A stretch of 43,864 nucleotides of DNA from Chiloscyllium plagiosum (taxonomy: Eukaryota), in contig NC_057758.1 in NCBI RefSeq assembly GCF_004010195.1, positions 871,029 through 914,892 on the forward strand, read 5' to 3'. The position numbers were made by a program, and so were the translations under genes. Numbering within the stretch: position 1 is the stretch's first letter; each line of letters opens with the position of its first letter. The notes beneath the pieces are model-generated. The model did no database searches. It was not told the DNA's origin and was given only the letters and a program-made list of their open reading frames with translations. Shown in pieces: positions 25,070 through 35,601 of the stretch.

Positions 25070-25835
25070 TTCAATATACAATGAACAGAAGAGACTTGGG
25101 AAAGGTTGATGGGCAGAGAGATCTGGGAGTGCAGGTCCATTGTACCCTGAAGGTTGCTGCACAGCTGGATAGAGTAGTCAAGGAGGCATATAGTATGCTT
25201 ACTTTCATTGGACGGGGTATGGAGTAGAAGAGCTTCATGTTAAAATTGTACAAGACATTGGTTCGGCCGTGTTTAGGTTACTGTGCACAGTTCTGGTCGC
25301 CAGATTACCAAAAGGATGTGTACGCTTTGCAGAGGTGCAGAGAAGGTTTACAAAGATGGTGCCTGGTATGGAAGGTACTAGCTATGAAGAGAGGTTGAGT
25401 AGGTTAGGTTTGTTTTAATTCGAGAAAAGCAGCTTGAGGGGCTACCTGACTGACTGAGGTTTACAAAATCATGGCGGGTATAGGCAGCGTGGATAGAGAC
25501 AAGCTTTTTTCCCAGGGTAAAGCATTCAGTAACGAGAGGTCATGCTTTCAAGGTGAGAGGTGGAATGTTTATGGGGCATACACGCGGCAAGTACTTCACA
25601 CAGAGGGTGGTGGGAGTCTTGAACGCATTGCCAGCAGAGGTGGTAGAGGCAGGCCGGGTAGATTAATTTAAGATGCGTCTGGACAAATGCATGAGTAGGT
25701 GGGGAGCAGAGGGATACAAACTCATAGGAATTGGGTGACAGGTTTAGACAGTAGATTTGACTCAGCTCAGGCTTGAAAGGCCAAAGGACCTGTTCCTGTG
25801 CTGTAAATGTTCTTTGTTCTTTGTCTTTGTTCTAT
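25070..25835 (+). mobile_element. CR1 LINE 3' fragment
   Basis: Decayed QRDLGVQVH, LYKTLVRP..YCAQFWSP and QRRFTKM; (ttctttg)n tail at about 25810-25833. Confidence 0.9.
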
Positions 25836-26494
25836 CCTTGTCACTTCCATTTAAATGGAAAAGGACAGCAGATACAAGAGAGCACCACCATCCTGACTTG
25901 GTAATATATTGGCCATTGCTGCAATATTGTTGAGTCACAACCTGGGAACTCCCTCTTTAATAGCATTGAACTGTTGAGGTCACAGAGACTTCAGCAGTTT
26001 AGGAGGGCAGCTCACGACAACTATCATACAGGGTCACAACGAATGAGCACATGCGAAATTGCTGTCCGGGCCAGGGGCGCCCAGGTCGAACAAGTGAACA
26101 CAAATAAGATATGAATCGAAGATTGGCATTTGCCATTGTACTGTCTCTGCTAAAGTGTTCCTGCTTCTTCAATAATATATGCAAAAAGAACCGAAATCTA
26201 TCTCCTGGAAAATCAAGCTTTAATCTTACACATTATCTGATTGATTATATTTTTCCTGCAAAAAACATTGTAGGTGGTATTTGTCATTTGTCTTACTTTT
26301 TACTCCCAGGCCCAACGTTCAGGGAATATATTCCTGTGGTGCTGACCTCATAATCTTTTCCTCATAATCAAAACCTATATCGCCACAACACCTATCCATT
26401 GTGTCATCTGCGACAGTTAGCTCAACAGTGGAGTCTGGAAAGAGTATTAAGACTGCCATTGATTATTGAGCAATAGGAACTGATTGCCTCCCGA

Positions 26495-26590
26495 ATTCAG
26501 AAGAGGGGTCACTGGACCCGAGACTTTGACTCAGTTTTCTCTGCACAGATACTGCTAGAGTTGCCGAGTTTCTGTAATTATTTCTCCTTT
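26495..26590 (+). mobile_element. Short Penelope-type tail repeat
   Basis: ttcagaagaggggtcactggacccgagac…acagatactgc..ga..tgccgagtttc; inverted homologue at 26650-26772. Confidence 0.5.
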
Positions 26591-26649
26591 CTTGGCTGAG
26601 TGCCTTCTCCCTGTCGAACCAAAAGAACCAGAAAAGAAAAATCTATACA

Positions 26650-26772
26650 GAACTGTGGAGTCTCGAAACCAGAAGTAAAACCAAAAGTAATGGTGTAAAC
26701 TCAACAGGTCTGGCAGCATATCTGGTGAAAAATTAGAGATTACGTTTCAGCTCAACTGACACTTCTTCAGAA
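26650..26772 (-). mobile_element. Short Penelope-type tail repeat with hammerhead-like core
   Basis: On -: CTGAAGAAGTGTCAGTTGAGCTGAAACGTA…atgctgccagacctgttgagttt. Confidence 0.55.
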
Positions 26773-27031
26773 GCACTTCTACCACTATTAAATAAATAAT
26801 TTTCATACCTATTATTACTCTGTGCAAAATTTACCTGGGACATGAGTCCTTATTATGCTGTTGCCTTAATATCCTATTCACTTCTACACAATTCTGGAAT
26901 TCAGCTGAAAATTCAGTTTGGAGTCTGTTTCCCATTACTTTGCATTTGCTCATTTCTCTAGTTGAACGTGGAGGTCGTTGTTTGGGATGACAATTTATTA
27001 CCAGTTCTCTATTGTCGTTTTGGCAAAGTGT

Positions 27032-27325
27032 TTAGATTAGATTCCTCTATAGTGTGGAAACAAACCCTACGGCCCAACAAGTCCACATTGACCCTCCAAA
27101 GACTAACCCACCCAGGCCCATTTCCCCTCTGACTAATACACCTAACATTATGGGAAATTTAGCACGCTCATTTACCTGACATGCACATCTTTGGACTGTG
27201 GTAGGAAACCGGAGCACCCAGAGGAAACACACGCAGACACGGCAAAAATGGGCAAATTCCACACAGACAGTCACTCGAGGCTGGAATCGAACCTACCTTC
27301 CTGGCGCTTTAAGGCAACAGGGCTA
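27032..27325 (-). mobile_element. HE1-type V-SINE
   Basis: (ttaga)n tail, V-domain, and B-box seen as GGAATCGAACC. Confidence 0.9.
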
Positions 27326-27344
27326 AATCCTGAGGCAGGGTGCA

Positions 27345-27890
27345 CTGCATTCTTTAACCGCTGAAGTCCACAAGAAATCAAGGAACAGCAACGCCATCGG
27401 GGAGGAATATCCCGAATTTTGACACGGCAACACTGAAGAACGGCTAATATATATCCAAGTCAGGAAAGTGAGTTGCTTGGGGAGACTTTTGCAGGTGTTG
27501 GCGTTCATATGCATGTGCGTCCTCGTCCTTCGCGATCAAAGTCTTCATGGGTTTGGAAGGTGCTATCTCAGAGTCTTCAGGTAATGCTGAGGTGAATCTG
27601 GTCGATAGTACGCACAGTTGCTCCTGAGATTGGTCGTGAAGTGTCTGGATATTTGTGGAGGTGGTGCTAATCAAAACGCATCTTTTTTAACCTAGAGTCT
27701 AGTGTAATTTAAGCTACATCTTATTTGCTAAGTGGGGACTTTTCTATCTGACTCCAAATTGTGTCTTTTCGATGGCTTTGGGGGATTCATGAAATCAATA
27801 ATTCGCGGCAAGTTTCCCAGCTTCATGCAGCTGCTGCATTTTCAGGCAATTCCAAATCAGGGTGAATGATGACCAAGTCTTAATTCCGTA
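27345..27890 (-). mobile_element. Old LINE-like repeat fragment (family unassigned)
   Basis: Shares sequence with 3114-3245 and, inverted, with 25880-25970 (ccaagtcagga / tcctgacttgg). Confidence 0.45.
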
Positions 27891-28109
27891 AGCAGTCAAA
27901 TGCAGGTTCAGTAAATAAATATATCACTCTATGTGGTCAGGAAGTCCATGGAGTTAATGCACTTCCCCTCAAACATGAGTCCTTCCTCCCAACCTGCTCT
28001 ATGGTTTCCCTGGTATGTTCTGTTCTTCAAAGTCGACTTTGAGTTTGGAGGTTTTTCCCACTGGAACTGAACTCTCTCAGAGCAGTCAACGGGCTTCTCG
28101 CAAAAGCAA

Positions 28110-28905
28110 AATTGTGGACTGCAGATGCTGGAAATCAGAGTTTAGATCACAGTGGTGCAGGAAAAGCACAGCATGCGAGGCAGCATCCGAGCAGCAGGAA
28201 AAGCGACTTTTCCGGCAAAAGCCCTTCATCAGGAATAGAGGCATGTAGCCTCCAGGGTGGAGAGATCGATGAGGGGAGGTGGTCGACTGGGGAGAAGAGT
28301 ACAATAGGTGAATGGGGTGGGGCATGGAGGTGTAAGGCCAGCGGGGAGGGTGGGGGAAGGTAGCAAAGAGTACAATGGGTGAATGGGGTGGGGAATGGAG
28401 GTGATAGGTCAGAGCGATGTGTGGGATGGATAAGAGGTGTAAGATGAGGCGTTCTTCATCCAGGCGTCGGGTGTTGTGGGAGCGACGGTGGAGGAAGCCC
28501 AGGACCTGCATGTCATCAGCAGAGTGGGAGGGGGAGTTGAAACGTTGGGCCACGGAGCGGTGGGGTTGATTGGTGTGGGTGTCCCAAAGATGTTCCCTAA
28601 AGTGCTCTGTGCGGAGACGTCCAGACTCCCCAATGTCGAGGAGACCGCACTGGGAGCAGCGGATACAAGAAATGATATTGGTGGGTGTGCAGGTGAAACT
28701 TTGATGGATATGTAAGGCTCATTTGGGGCCTTGAATGGAGGTGAGCGAGGAGGTGTGGGCGTAGGTTTTGCAATTCCTGCGGTGGTAGGGGAGCGTGCCA
28801 GGACGGGAGGGTGGTTTGTTGGGGGGCGTGGACCTGACCAGGTAGTCACGGACGGAACGGTCTTTGCATAAAGCAGAAAGGGGTGGGGAGGGAAATATAT
28901 CTCTA
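28110..28905 (-). mobile_element. Penelope-like element 3' part with GIY-YIG endonuclease remnant
   Basis: On -: FTCTPTNIISCIRCSQCGLLDIGESGRLRTEHFREH…VAQRFNSPSH…RRLDEERLI (decayed NIIY..C..C..YIGETGR..RF.EH), followed by a tail with CTGATGA…GAAA. Confidence 0.85.
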
Positions 28906-30044
28906 GTGAAGCTAGAGTAAAGCTCCTTTTGAAGCTCTCAGAAAATTCGGTGGATGATGCGGTTAATACAAAAGTTGGTGGTGCACAATCAGGTGAGACA
29001 GAAACAGCGCCAGCTGAATTGTGCTGTCCGAAACGGGAGTGGGGACAAGAGTCCGAGTTACTGAAAAACTCACTGGATCGGAAGCATGAAATCTGTTCAG
29101 CTCTCCACATATGCGGCCAGGCCCGTTGAGTTCTTTTTTCAAACATATCTGTCTTCCCTTCAGATTTCCAGATTATTCTTTTATTTTTGCTGTCTGAAGT
29201 TTTAATCTGGAACAAGAGAGGCAGGGAGGGGAGAGGCGTGCAGATGGAAGGAATAGGTAGGTGGGAGACGTTCATTGTTCAAAAATAGCCTTCAGTTTTA
29301 TGGCTGAAATGGAGTTGTATTGATTGGAGTTTCAAAGAGTCATAAGTGAAATATGAAACCTCCAGATGTGACCTGCCAGCGTGAATTTAGGAAGGAGAAT
29401 TCACTCATTCTATTATTGGGCTTAGAGGAGGGTTTAAACTTTATTCAAAGTAGATGTGAATGTAACATTCTTAAATTCAAAATCAAGCACATCGAGGAAG
29501 ATGAGAATGCAGACTTGGAGAAAAAACTGTAATCCAGATCTTGTAAGCCAACCTTTACAAATCGCATGCAACCTATAGAGCTGAGTGAGTGCCATATCCA
29601 CAAATGAAATTTTCAAACTGTCGATCTGTTATAATCCAATTTCAAATGATGGCTGGCACTGATACCAGGAATGGAGGGATTGGGCTTAACAAAGACCCTG
29701 ATTACAACATTGTACAAGTAACAATATGAAATATTCATAATTTTCATTCTCATCCAGAGGAATATTGTATTTTTTCATCTTGTAATCCATTCAGCACACG
29801 TGATAGATATCCAAATAGCATCTGGGCTTTAGGCATGATAACATGGACTGCAGGAATGAGTTGCACCATTAATTATGTTGGTTCAGTAAAGTGAGAATGT
29901 TGATGTCTACATTCCTCCCTTACCATATTCCGTCAGTCTACTACCGATTATCAGCCAAATGTTGGCCTATTGTCTTCAGTGACATGTTCACTGAGGACCA
30001 GTAGGTGTACTTGATCTGCCGTTCGCACAAACACGGGATTGTGA

Positions 30045-30185
30045 TACTGCAAATGCAAAAGAGGTCAGGCAGCATCCGAGAAGCAGGAGAATCGACGTTT
30101 CGGGGAAAAGCCAAAAAGTAAGTTACACCTTGGCAAAACTTGGAGAAATTCAGCAGGTCTGGTAAAATCTGTGCATCGAGACTGA
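30045..30185 (-). mobile_element. Truncated Penelope-type tail fragments
   Basis: ggtcaggcagcatccgagaagcaggagaatcgacgtttcggg matches 28180-28222. Confidence 0.6.
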
Positions 30186-30247
30186 AACAGAGATCCCATT
30201 ACATCACTGTCCTACGCCGTATCCTTCGACTGTGACCACCCTTCGAA

Positions 30248-30265
30248 CACACACACACACACCCG

Positions 30266-30330
<65 letters not shown>
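30248..30330. repeat. (CA)n microsatellite abutting a gap
   Basis: Direct reading. Confidence 0.98.
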
Positions 30331-30532
30331 NNNNNNNNNNNNNNNNNNNNNNNNNNNNNNNNNNNNNNNNNNNNNNNNNNNNNNNNNNNNNNNNNNNNNN
30401 NNNNNNNNNNNNNNNNNNNNNNNNNNNNNNNNNNNNNNNNNNNNNNNNNNNNNNNNNNNNNNNNNNNNNNNNNNNNNNNNNNNNNNNNNNNNNNNNNNNN
30501 NNNNNNNNNNNNNNNNNNNNNNNNNNNNNNNN

Positions 30533-31326
30533 TGAGGCACATTCCAATTGTTTATTTGTCAAAATTTCTTTTTGTGAAGTTCATTCCGGTGTGCAACATC
30601 CATGCCATTCTTGTCTATGCAGCTACGGACTCTTCTGTCTGGTTCACTGTCGCTTTCACCTTCGATCGATTTCTGGCCATCTGTTGTCACAAACTGAAAC
30701 ACAAATATTGTAACGAGAAAATTGCATCAGTCGTTTTGGGAACAGTCACAGTACTCAGCTGTTTAAAGAATATTTTCTGGTATTTCATGTTAACAAGTCA
30801 GTATCGGCTAAAGAATAATCCTTGGTTTTGTGAGTTAAGATCGGGTCTTAAATTCTCTAAATTTTGGGGCACAGTTGAAATCACTCATCATCTTCTAAAT
30901 CCGTGGTTGCCAATTCTTTTGACAGTGTTGTTTAATGCTTTATGTATCAGACAAATTCTAGTTGCCAACAGAACCCGTAGGAGACTCCAGACACTCAGCA
31001 AGGGAAAGACTGTCACAGATCCAAAAATAGAGAATCGAAAGAAATCCATAATTTTACTGTTTCTCATCTCGGCCAATTTCTTACTGGCATGGGCAGTCAT
31101 TATGGTTTATTCAATTTGTTACGGGGCGAGGTTATTAGGACAGAAGGTGATATTTCTCCATTATTTTGTTCGGGAAATTGGATACATCTGCCAGCTCACC
31201 AGTTGCTGCACAAATATTTGTATTTATGCTGTGGCATTAACCAAGTTCAGGGATCAGATATATGATGTACTCAAATATCCAATTACTATCTCACGAACAT
31301 TATTTAATGAAAGAAAAAATAGTTAA
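30533..31326 (+). CDS. GPR139-like GPCR locus B, coding exon 2 (5' end hidden in gap 30331-30532)
   Basis: Uninterrupted frame: RHIP, IPVC, DSSVWFTVAFTFDRFLAICC (TM3), NPWFC (ECL2), LLNPWLP (TM5), ENRKKSIILLFLISANFLLAW (TM6), CCTNICIY (TM7), KFRDQI (helix 8); stop at 31324-31326. Confidence 0.93.
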
Positions 31327-32394
31327 AAATAGAGAAATCAGTTTTAATTCGGATTCACTTCCTTTTGCATGGCCTCAAAAAGAGAAACCAAAAGTGGTCA
31401 GTGAGCACAAATCAGCATGTGGAAATTAAACACAATGAAGTCGGTCTATTCTTCCCCTCGGTCAGTGATATGCACGCAATATGATCAACCTGTTCTCTCG
31501 GTTGTCTGCTACAGTTGTGTGTTGCTTTGCTTGCATGCCCAAGGTTTACATTCCAATCTCCTCTGCATCCTCTCCCACATTATCACATCCTTCACATGCT
31601 ATGGTCTTCCATTTGTCACCTAACAAATGTTGTGCACAGCTACGTCCTAACATTTGCTCAGTGCCTCAACTAATAAAGGCCATTATATAAAATCACTTCT
31701 TATCTTCCTTCCGTGTGCCTTCAAGGATCTGTGTGCATTCACACAAACATTCCTCTGCTCATCTGTAATTCCAGAGCCTCCCCCCCCCCATTCAGCGTGT
31801 ACTCTTATGCCTTCTGACCCCTCCCAATTGTGTATCAATCGCTCTGATCATTTGCCACGGTTCAGCCTTTCTCCATTGTTCTGTGTGCAAGGATTTCCTC
31901 CTCATTAAGAAGCCACCCATCTTTAATCTCTGCAACATTGATACATAAAACAATCAATACTAAAACGAGCGGTACACAACTGGACACACGGTTTCACCCA
32001 CAAATATACCCTGCCTGTTCTAACCCCTCACTGCTGATCTCCTGCTTCTTTTGCCCTGTTCCTGGCTCCAGTGGGAATCACATAAACATTGTCTGACCTG
32101 ACCTCTCCCAATTGATCTCTCGCCCGTTCCTCCCCGTCACTGCTCCAATGGGAAACACAGAAATCTTGTCTGTCCTAACCCCACACCGTTGATCGCTTGC
32201 CGGTTTTACTGTTCATCTTTGTTTTCTATTCTTACCACAGCTTGAACAGCACTGCTCTGCCTAAACTACTCAGTCAACGGCACAGTTAATACTTACGTTC
32301 ATAATCTCCCAAAGGGGCGCATTTACTCCCTCTCAGCGACACAGTATGGGTCTTTATCAACAGAGTTTCACTTTGAGCGAAATTCAGGTCATTT

Positions 32395-32468
32395 GACCTA
32401 AAATGGTAATCAATCACTTACAGGGGGTAAAGACCTAAAATGGTAATCAATCACTTACAGGGGGTAAA
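32395..32468 (+). repeat. Perfect 37-bp tandem duplication
   Basis: gacctaaaatggtaatcaatcacttacagggggtaaa at 32395-32431 and 32432-32468. Confidence 0.97.
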
Positions 32469-32469
32469 A

Positions 32470-32900
32470 AAGACAGAGAGACAGATTGACATACAAACAG
32501 AGACAGCGAGCGAGGGAATTAGAAAGTGAAAGATAGACAGTTAGAAAGAGTGAGGGTAACTGACAGAGAGAGATAGACCGAGAGGGAGACAGAGATGGAG
32601 AAAGAAAAATCAACGAAGCATGACAGATAAAGAGAGTGTGGAAGTGAAAGAGAGTCAGAGAGCGAAAATGTGAGAGAGAAATATAAAGCTGAATGTACGC
32701 AAAGAGAGTGAGAATAGACAGATGAGAAATTTAGTGCACTATGACATAACCAGAGAGAAGCACAGAGACAAATAGAGATATACAGTCACACAGGGAGAGG
32801 TAATAGTGCTCACAAAGAGTGTGAGAAGAACTGAGAGAGCAAAACGTAGAGGGATGATTTAGAAGAGAGCGTCAGAGACAGAAAGAGCATAAGACAGATA
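32470..32900. repeat. GA-rich low-complexity tract
   Basis: Degenerate (GA)n/GACA repeats. Confidence 0.75.
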
Positions 32901-33356
32901 GCTAGCTGTAACAATGTTGGGTCTGTGCTACAGGCCTCCCATCAGCGAGCTTGATATTTATACCAATAATGGAAAGATGTGTGAGCAACAGGGTGGTGTT
33001 GATAGGAAAGTTTAAATTTTCAGACGTTGACTGGGATTCGCTTAAAGTTTAAGGTATAGATAAAGAAAAATGTGTAAGGAGAAAGCAGGAAGGTTATCTT
33101 GCGCAGTATGTAAATAATCCAGGAAGGGGTTATGCTGGGTATGGTGTTGGGGAATAAGCCAGGCCAGGTGATCGAGGTTTCAGAAATGGATTACTTTGGG
33201 AATAGTGATCCGAATTCCGTAAGGTTTAGAGTGCAAAGACGAGAGTGGTCCTAAATGAAGAATGTTTGTTAAGAAAAGAACAACTGTAGCAAAGTTCCGC
33301 ATGAACTCTGAACTGTGAATGGAATCAGCGGTTTGAGGGTAAATTCACAATTGATA

Positions 33357-33667
33357 AGATTAGATTAGATTACATTACATTACAGTGTGGAAACAGGCCC
33401 TTCGGCCCAACAAGTCCACACCGACTCACCGAAGCGCAACCCACCCATTCCCCTACATTTAGCCCTTTACCTAACCCTATTTAGCATGGCCAATTCACCT
33501 GACCTGAACATCTTTGGACTGTGGGAGGAAACCTGAGCACCCGGAGGGCACCCACGCAGACACGGGGAGAATGTACAAACTCCACACAGTCAGTCGCCTG
33601 AGTTGGGAATTGAACCCGGGTCTTTGGCGCTGTGAGGCAGCACTGCTAACCACTTTGCCACCGTGCC
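33357..33667 (-). mobile_element. HE1-type V-SINE nested in CR1
   Basis: Near-complete reverse copy with (ttaga)n tail, V-domain, and A and B boxes. Confidence 0.92.
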
Positions 33668-33964
33668 GTGCGAGGCTTGGAAAGAATGTTTGATCAGAGT
33701 TTATGACTGACATGTTCCAGTGAAATGAGGGTGAGAAATGGCACGACTGGGAACCATGGATATCAGTTGAAATTGTGAGACGAGATGAGAGGACAAATGA
33801 AGCATCCATAAAGAACAGGCGACTAAAAACAGATGAAGATTTGGAAGAAGGGCTAATCTGAAACGAGGAATTAAGTAGGTTGAAAGGTATCATGTAATAG
33901 TTTTTAGAAGATAGGATTAAGGGAAATCTCAAAGCCTTTTATTCGTATATAATAACAAGGGGGT

Positions 33965-34206
33965 AACATAGAACATAGAACATAGAACAATACAGCACAG
34001 AACAGGCCCTTCGGCCCACGATGTTGTGCCGAACTTCTAACCTAGATTAAGTACCCATCCATGTACCTATCCAAATGCCGCTTAAAGGTCGCCAATGATT
34101 CCGACTCTACCACTCCCACGGGCAGCGCATTCCATGCCCCCACCACTCTCTGGGTAAAGAACCCACCCCTGACATCTCCCCTATACCTTCCACCCTTCAC
34201 CTTAAA
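33965..34206 (-). mobile_element. Short young CR1 3' end nested antisense in older CR1
   Basis: (aacatag)n tail and 3' UTR nearly the same as 6146-6363. Confidence 0.92.
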
Positions 34207-35601
34207 ACGGGAGAAGGGGTTTGCCCATTAAAGGATAAAGGAGGAAATTTATGTGCACTCAGAGAAATTGTGTGGGACTTTTAATGAGTATGTTGCATCA
34301 ACATTCACCGAGGGGAGGGACATAATGGATGTTGAGGCTTGGGATAGATGTTTGATTACTCGAGGTCAAGTCTGCGTAAGGAGGGAGGAAATGTTGTGTA
34401 TTGATAAAGGCATTAAGGTGAACCAGTCCCCAGGTATAGATGGGATCAATGCCAGGTTGCTGACGGAAGCGAGAGAGGAAATAGCCGGGACCTTAAAATA
34501 TATCTTTGCAGCATTTCGAACACAGTTGAGATCACGGAAGATTGGAGAATAGTGAAAACTGACCCCTTGTTTCGACAGACAGCAGCGATAATCCAGGCAA
34601 TTTTAGACCAGTGAGCCTAACATCTGTTGGAGAAGATGTTGAAGGATCCAATTGATTTACATTTAGAAGAAAACGGGCTTAACAGTAATCGACAACAGGG
34701 TTTTGTGTCATCAAGGTCATATCCTTCGAACTTAATAATAGTACGCTTTGACAAAGTGGATCGTTGAGGGAATTGCTGCAGATTTCACATAAATGTACTT
34801 CAATAAGACATTAGAATTGGGTGCCCATGGTCGGCTGATAGAGAAAGTTATGTCACATTGGGTCCAGATTCTAAGAGCGTGATCGATAGAGACCTGAATT
34901 GGCAGCAGGAGGCAAAAAGTTGTCGTAGAAGGGAGTGTTTAAAATGGAGAATTTTGACAGAGGCGATCCACAGGGATCCGTATTGGGAGGAGGGTCTAGT
35001 TGGTCTGATTAGAAAGTTTGCTTATGTAATTCATACAGATGCAGTAGGAGATAGTGAAGGGGTCTATCAGAGAATGCAGCAGAATATAGATATCTCAGTG
35101 TTGGGCAGAGAAATGGCAGGTAGAGATCCATTCTGGCAATAACGAGGTGATGCATCTTGGAAGATCGAATTCAAGAGCCAAATGTATGCTAAATGGAAAT
35201 GTCCTAGGAAAAAATTGATCTGCAGAGAGATCTGGGTGTTCAGGTCCGTTATACCTTGAAGGTGCCAACGAAAGTGGTCAAGAAGCCATATAGGGCATCC
35301 TTGCCTTCATCGGATCGGGTATTGAGTACAAGGGGTGGCAGTCATGTTATAGTTGTAGAGGAATTTGGTTCGGCCGCATTTGGAATAGTGCGCACAAATC
35401 TGGTCGCCACATTGCGAAAAGGTTGGGGATGCTTTGGAAAGGGTGCAGAGGAGGTTCCCCAGGATATTGCCTGGTACGGAGGGTGCTAGCTATTAAGATA
35501 GTTTGAGTAGGTTAGGAATACATTCATTAGAAAGGGGAAGGTTCGGTCTACCTGATTGAGGTCGACAAAGTCAAGAGAGGTACAGAGTGAGTGATTANNN
35601 N

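Larger units (their letters stand above)
32910..35597 (+). mobile_element. Long, heavily decayed CR1 LINE ORF2 hosting two younger insertions
   Basis: Colinear with 36830-38730 (endonuclease end, SPGIDGI, PGNFRPVSL, QRDLGV, RPHLE); many stops and frameshifts. Confidence 0.85.

Noticed and set aside
28409..29275. 288-aa minus-strand ORF as a host gene
   Set aside because: Mostly an off-frame reading of a Penelope-like remnant and flanking repeats.
29972..29998. Short hairpin tcttcagtga-catgt-tcactgagga
   Set aside because: A single imperfect 10-bp stem is expected by chance in 44 kb.
30232..30532. 5' part of the 364-aa ORF (MTTLRTHTHT…)
   Set aside because: (CA)n microsatellite and gap in the intron; the real N-terminus is the exon at 24282.
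24282..31326. Assigning the symbol GPR139
   Set aside because: Sequence is far more divergent than expected for the conserved orthologue and is one of several tandem paralogues; orthology needs phylogeny and synteny.
31672..31677. AATAAA as the locus B polyadenylation signal
   Set aside because: Plausible position but no supporting evidence; it may lie within old repeat-derived sequence.
32395..32468. 37-bp direct repeat as a CRISPR-like array
   Set aside because: Two adjacent units with no spacer, in vertebrate DNA.
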